Origin: an uncultured Ilumatobacteraceae bacterium
GTDB lineage: Bacteria > Actinomycetota > Acidimicrobiia > Acidimicrobiales > Ilumatobacteraceae
Length of the DNA stretch: 26,644 bases
Assembly (NCBI GenBank): GCA_964565975.1
Contig: CAZMHG010000002.1
Span: 1-26,644, forward strand
Direction of reading: 5' to 3'
Under the pieces are notes generated by a model that did no database searches, was not told where the DNA came from, and was given only the letters and a program-made list of their open reading frames with translations. Both the position numbers and the translations under genes were made by a program. Shown in pieces: positions 25,210-26,644 of the stretch (its first letter is position 1; each line of letters opens with the position of its first letter).

Positions 25210-25536
25210 ATGAACACAACCACCACCGCGCCCGAGCCGGACCCCGCACCCCGACGCTCGGGACCGATCGCGGCGCTGGCCGCGCTGACGACGGCGACCA
25301 CGGTCGCGGCGATCGTCTGGCTGACGACGTCTCCCGATGGCGCGCGGCGGCCACGCCGCCGGGGCCCAGGCCGAGGCCGGGATCGGGGCCAGGCGACCAC
25401 CGAGTACGCACTGGTGATGCTCGGCGCGGCCGTGGTCGCGCTGCTCGTCGTCGCCTGGGCAACGGCGGGCGGGGGAGCCGGCAAGATCGGGCGGCTGTTC
25501 AGCCGGGTCATCGATGCGGTCAGTAGCAAGTTCTGA
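25210..25536 (+). CDS. flp: Flp/DUF4244-type major pilin with a long leader (108 aa)
   Basis: Class III cleavage site DRG|QATTEYA followed by a hydrophobic helix; GGAGG RBS (25199-25203) before ATG 25210. Confidence 0.8.
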   Translation: MNTTTTAPEPDPAPRRSGPIAALAALTTATTVAAIVWLTTSPDGARRPRRRGPGRGRDRGQATTEYALVMLGAAVVALLVVAWATAGGGAGKIGRLFSRVIDAVSSKF

Positions 25537-25894
25537 CCGGCGGCGCGACCGCGGCCAGGCGACGGTCGAGCTGGCCCTGGCCATGCCGCTGGTGCTGCTC
25601 CTGGCACTGGCCATGGTCCAACTCGGCTCGGTCGTCGCCGACACGCTGCGCGCCCAACTCGCAGCACGCGAGGCGGCACGGGCAGCTGCCGTCTCCGCCG
25701 CCCCTGGCGGTGCCGGGGCCGGGGCAGCCCGGCCGGCACTCGGGTCGTCCGGCCGGATCGCCGTGTCATCGGACGGTGCCACCGTTCGGGCGACGGCCAC
25801 CATCGTCAACCACACCGACGTGCCGCTGATCGGCGCGCTGCTGCCCGACATCACGATTCGGGTGACAGCGACGATGGCCCGCGAACCGCCGTAG
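25514..25894 (+). CDS. tadE: TadE-family pseudopilin (126 aa)
   Basis: DRG|QATVELALAMPLV, AAREAARAAAV, C-terminal ATMAREP. Confidence 0.85.
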   Translation: MRSVASSDRRRDRGQATVELALAMPLVLLLALAMVQLGSVVADTLRAQLAAREAARAAAVSAAPGGAGAGAARPALGSSGRIAVSSDGATVRATATIVNHTDVPLIGALLPDITIRVTATMAREPP

Positions 25895-25947
25895 GCCGGA
25901 TCCGCGGCTCGACGGCCGCCGACGACCGGTCTCTGTATGGTGGCCCG

Positions 25948-26277
25948 ATGCTGCTACGGACCCAGTTGACGGTCGTCGCCGGGCGGCCCGTGCTGGCCGT
26001 GAGCGGCGAGTTGGACCTGGCCTCGCTCCCGACCTTTCACCATCGGGTCGCACAGGCGGTGCGACAACACGCAGGAGCGACGCTGTGGCTCGACCTCGAT
26101 GGGCTCGCGGTCGCCGACGACGCCGGCCTGAGCGTCGTTCTGGCAAGCGCCGCGCAGGCCCGCCGTAACGGGGGCGAGCTACGCATCGTGGCCGGCTCGC
26201 CGGTGCTTCGCGCCCGCATCGCCGACATCGGCCTCGATCGAATCCTCGGGATCGACTCGGCGATCACCGACGCGTGA
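25948..26277 (+). CDS. STAS-domain anti-sigma-factor antagonist (109 aa)
   Basis: VLAVSGELDLASLP, LDLDGLAVADDAGL, GGELRIV, IGLDRI; TATGGT -10 (25936-25941) 6 nt before the ATG. Confidence 0.85.
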   Translation: MLLRTQLTVVAGRPVLAVSGELDLASLPTFHHRVAQAVRQHAGATLWLDLDGLAVADDAGLSVVLASAAQARRNGGELRIVAGSPVLRARIADIGLDRILGIDSAITDA

Positions 26278-26280
26278 CCG

Positions 26281-26643
26281 CTACGCCCGCAGCGTTCCTG
26301 CCGATCGCCGCTTGGCCGGCTTGGGTGGCAGCGCCGATGTGAAGGCGAGCGCCTCGCCGACCCACATCGACAGCTGCCGGCCGGTCCGCAACTCGGCCGC
26401 CCCGACATGCAGCCAGCCGGCCATCGGCTTGCCGCGCATCACCATCGGTTCGACGCCGGCCCGCCTGCAGAACTCGTCGGTTCCGGACGGATCGACGCGC
26501 ACGAGTGCGCCGCCCGCGCCGCTCGCCGCAATCGTCATGTGCCCGTTCACCAGGAAGGCGAGTCCGCCGAACATCCGCATCTCGGTGACGTCGGGACGCG
26601 TGGACAACAGGTCGCGGATCCGCTCGGCCAACGCCGCGTCGTA
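26281..26643 (-). CDS. TfoX N-terminal-domain protein, 5'-truncated by the window edge
   Basis: YDAALAERIR...EMRMFGGLAFLVNGHM...LVRVDP...MRGKPMAGWLHV; frame is open to the window end. Confidence 0.85.
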   Translation of the reverse strand, partial: YDAALAERIRDLLSTRPDVTEMRMFGGLAFLVNGHMTIAASGAGGALVRVDPSGTDEFCRRAGVEPMVMRGKPMAGWLHVGAAELRTGRQLSMWVGEALAFTSALPPKPAKRRSAGTLRA

Positions 26644-26644
26644 C

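Overview
GC-rich actinobacterial-type chromosome segment (assignment inferred from codon style, leaderless TANNNT promoters and gene content). 1-16.4 kb is ordinary housekeeping/accessory sequence: the 3' part of a NicX/M29-fold gene, an APC amino-acid permease, a dynamin-like GTPase pair, a secreted pectin-acetylesterase-family hydrolase with a coupled small secreted protein, a PhyH-like Fe(II) oxygenase followed by a VOC-SnoaL fusion, a secreted S8 subtilase, a phytoene-desaturase-family oxidoreductase, an ABC-2 exporter pair, a K+-channel-like membrane protein and a ChaA-type Ca2+/H+ antiporter. About 16.6-22.16 kb looks like a decayed island at the 3' end of a tRNA-Sec (selC, anticodon UCA, 22164-22259, minus strand). 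It carries a RelE/Phd toxin-antitoxin pair, a uridine-kinase-like P-loop protein, an RHH/MazF pair with a frameshifted toxin, an arginase 3' remnant and an AT-richer operon. That operon begins with a 25-aa peptide ORF missed by the ORF track (near-consensus promoter, ideal RBS, TTGA-coupled to the next gene), followed by a lipoprotein, a membrane-fusion-type protein, an ABC ATPase and a MacB/FtsX-like permease; it is the best candidate for an undescribed system. 22.4-26.6 kb holds a minimal actinobacterial Tad/Flp pilus locus, a STAS anti-anti-sigma with Asp at the phospho-Ser position and a partial TfoX-N gene. No database searches were possible; family calls rest on recognised motifs.
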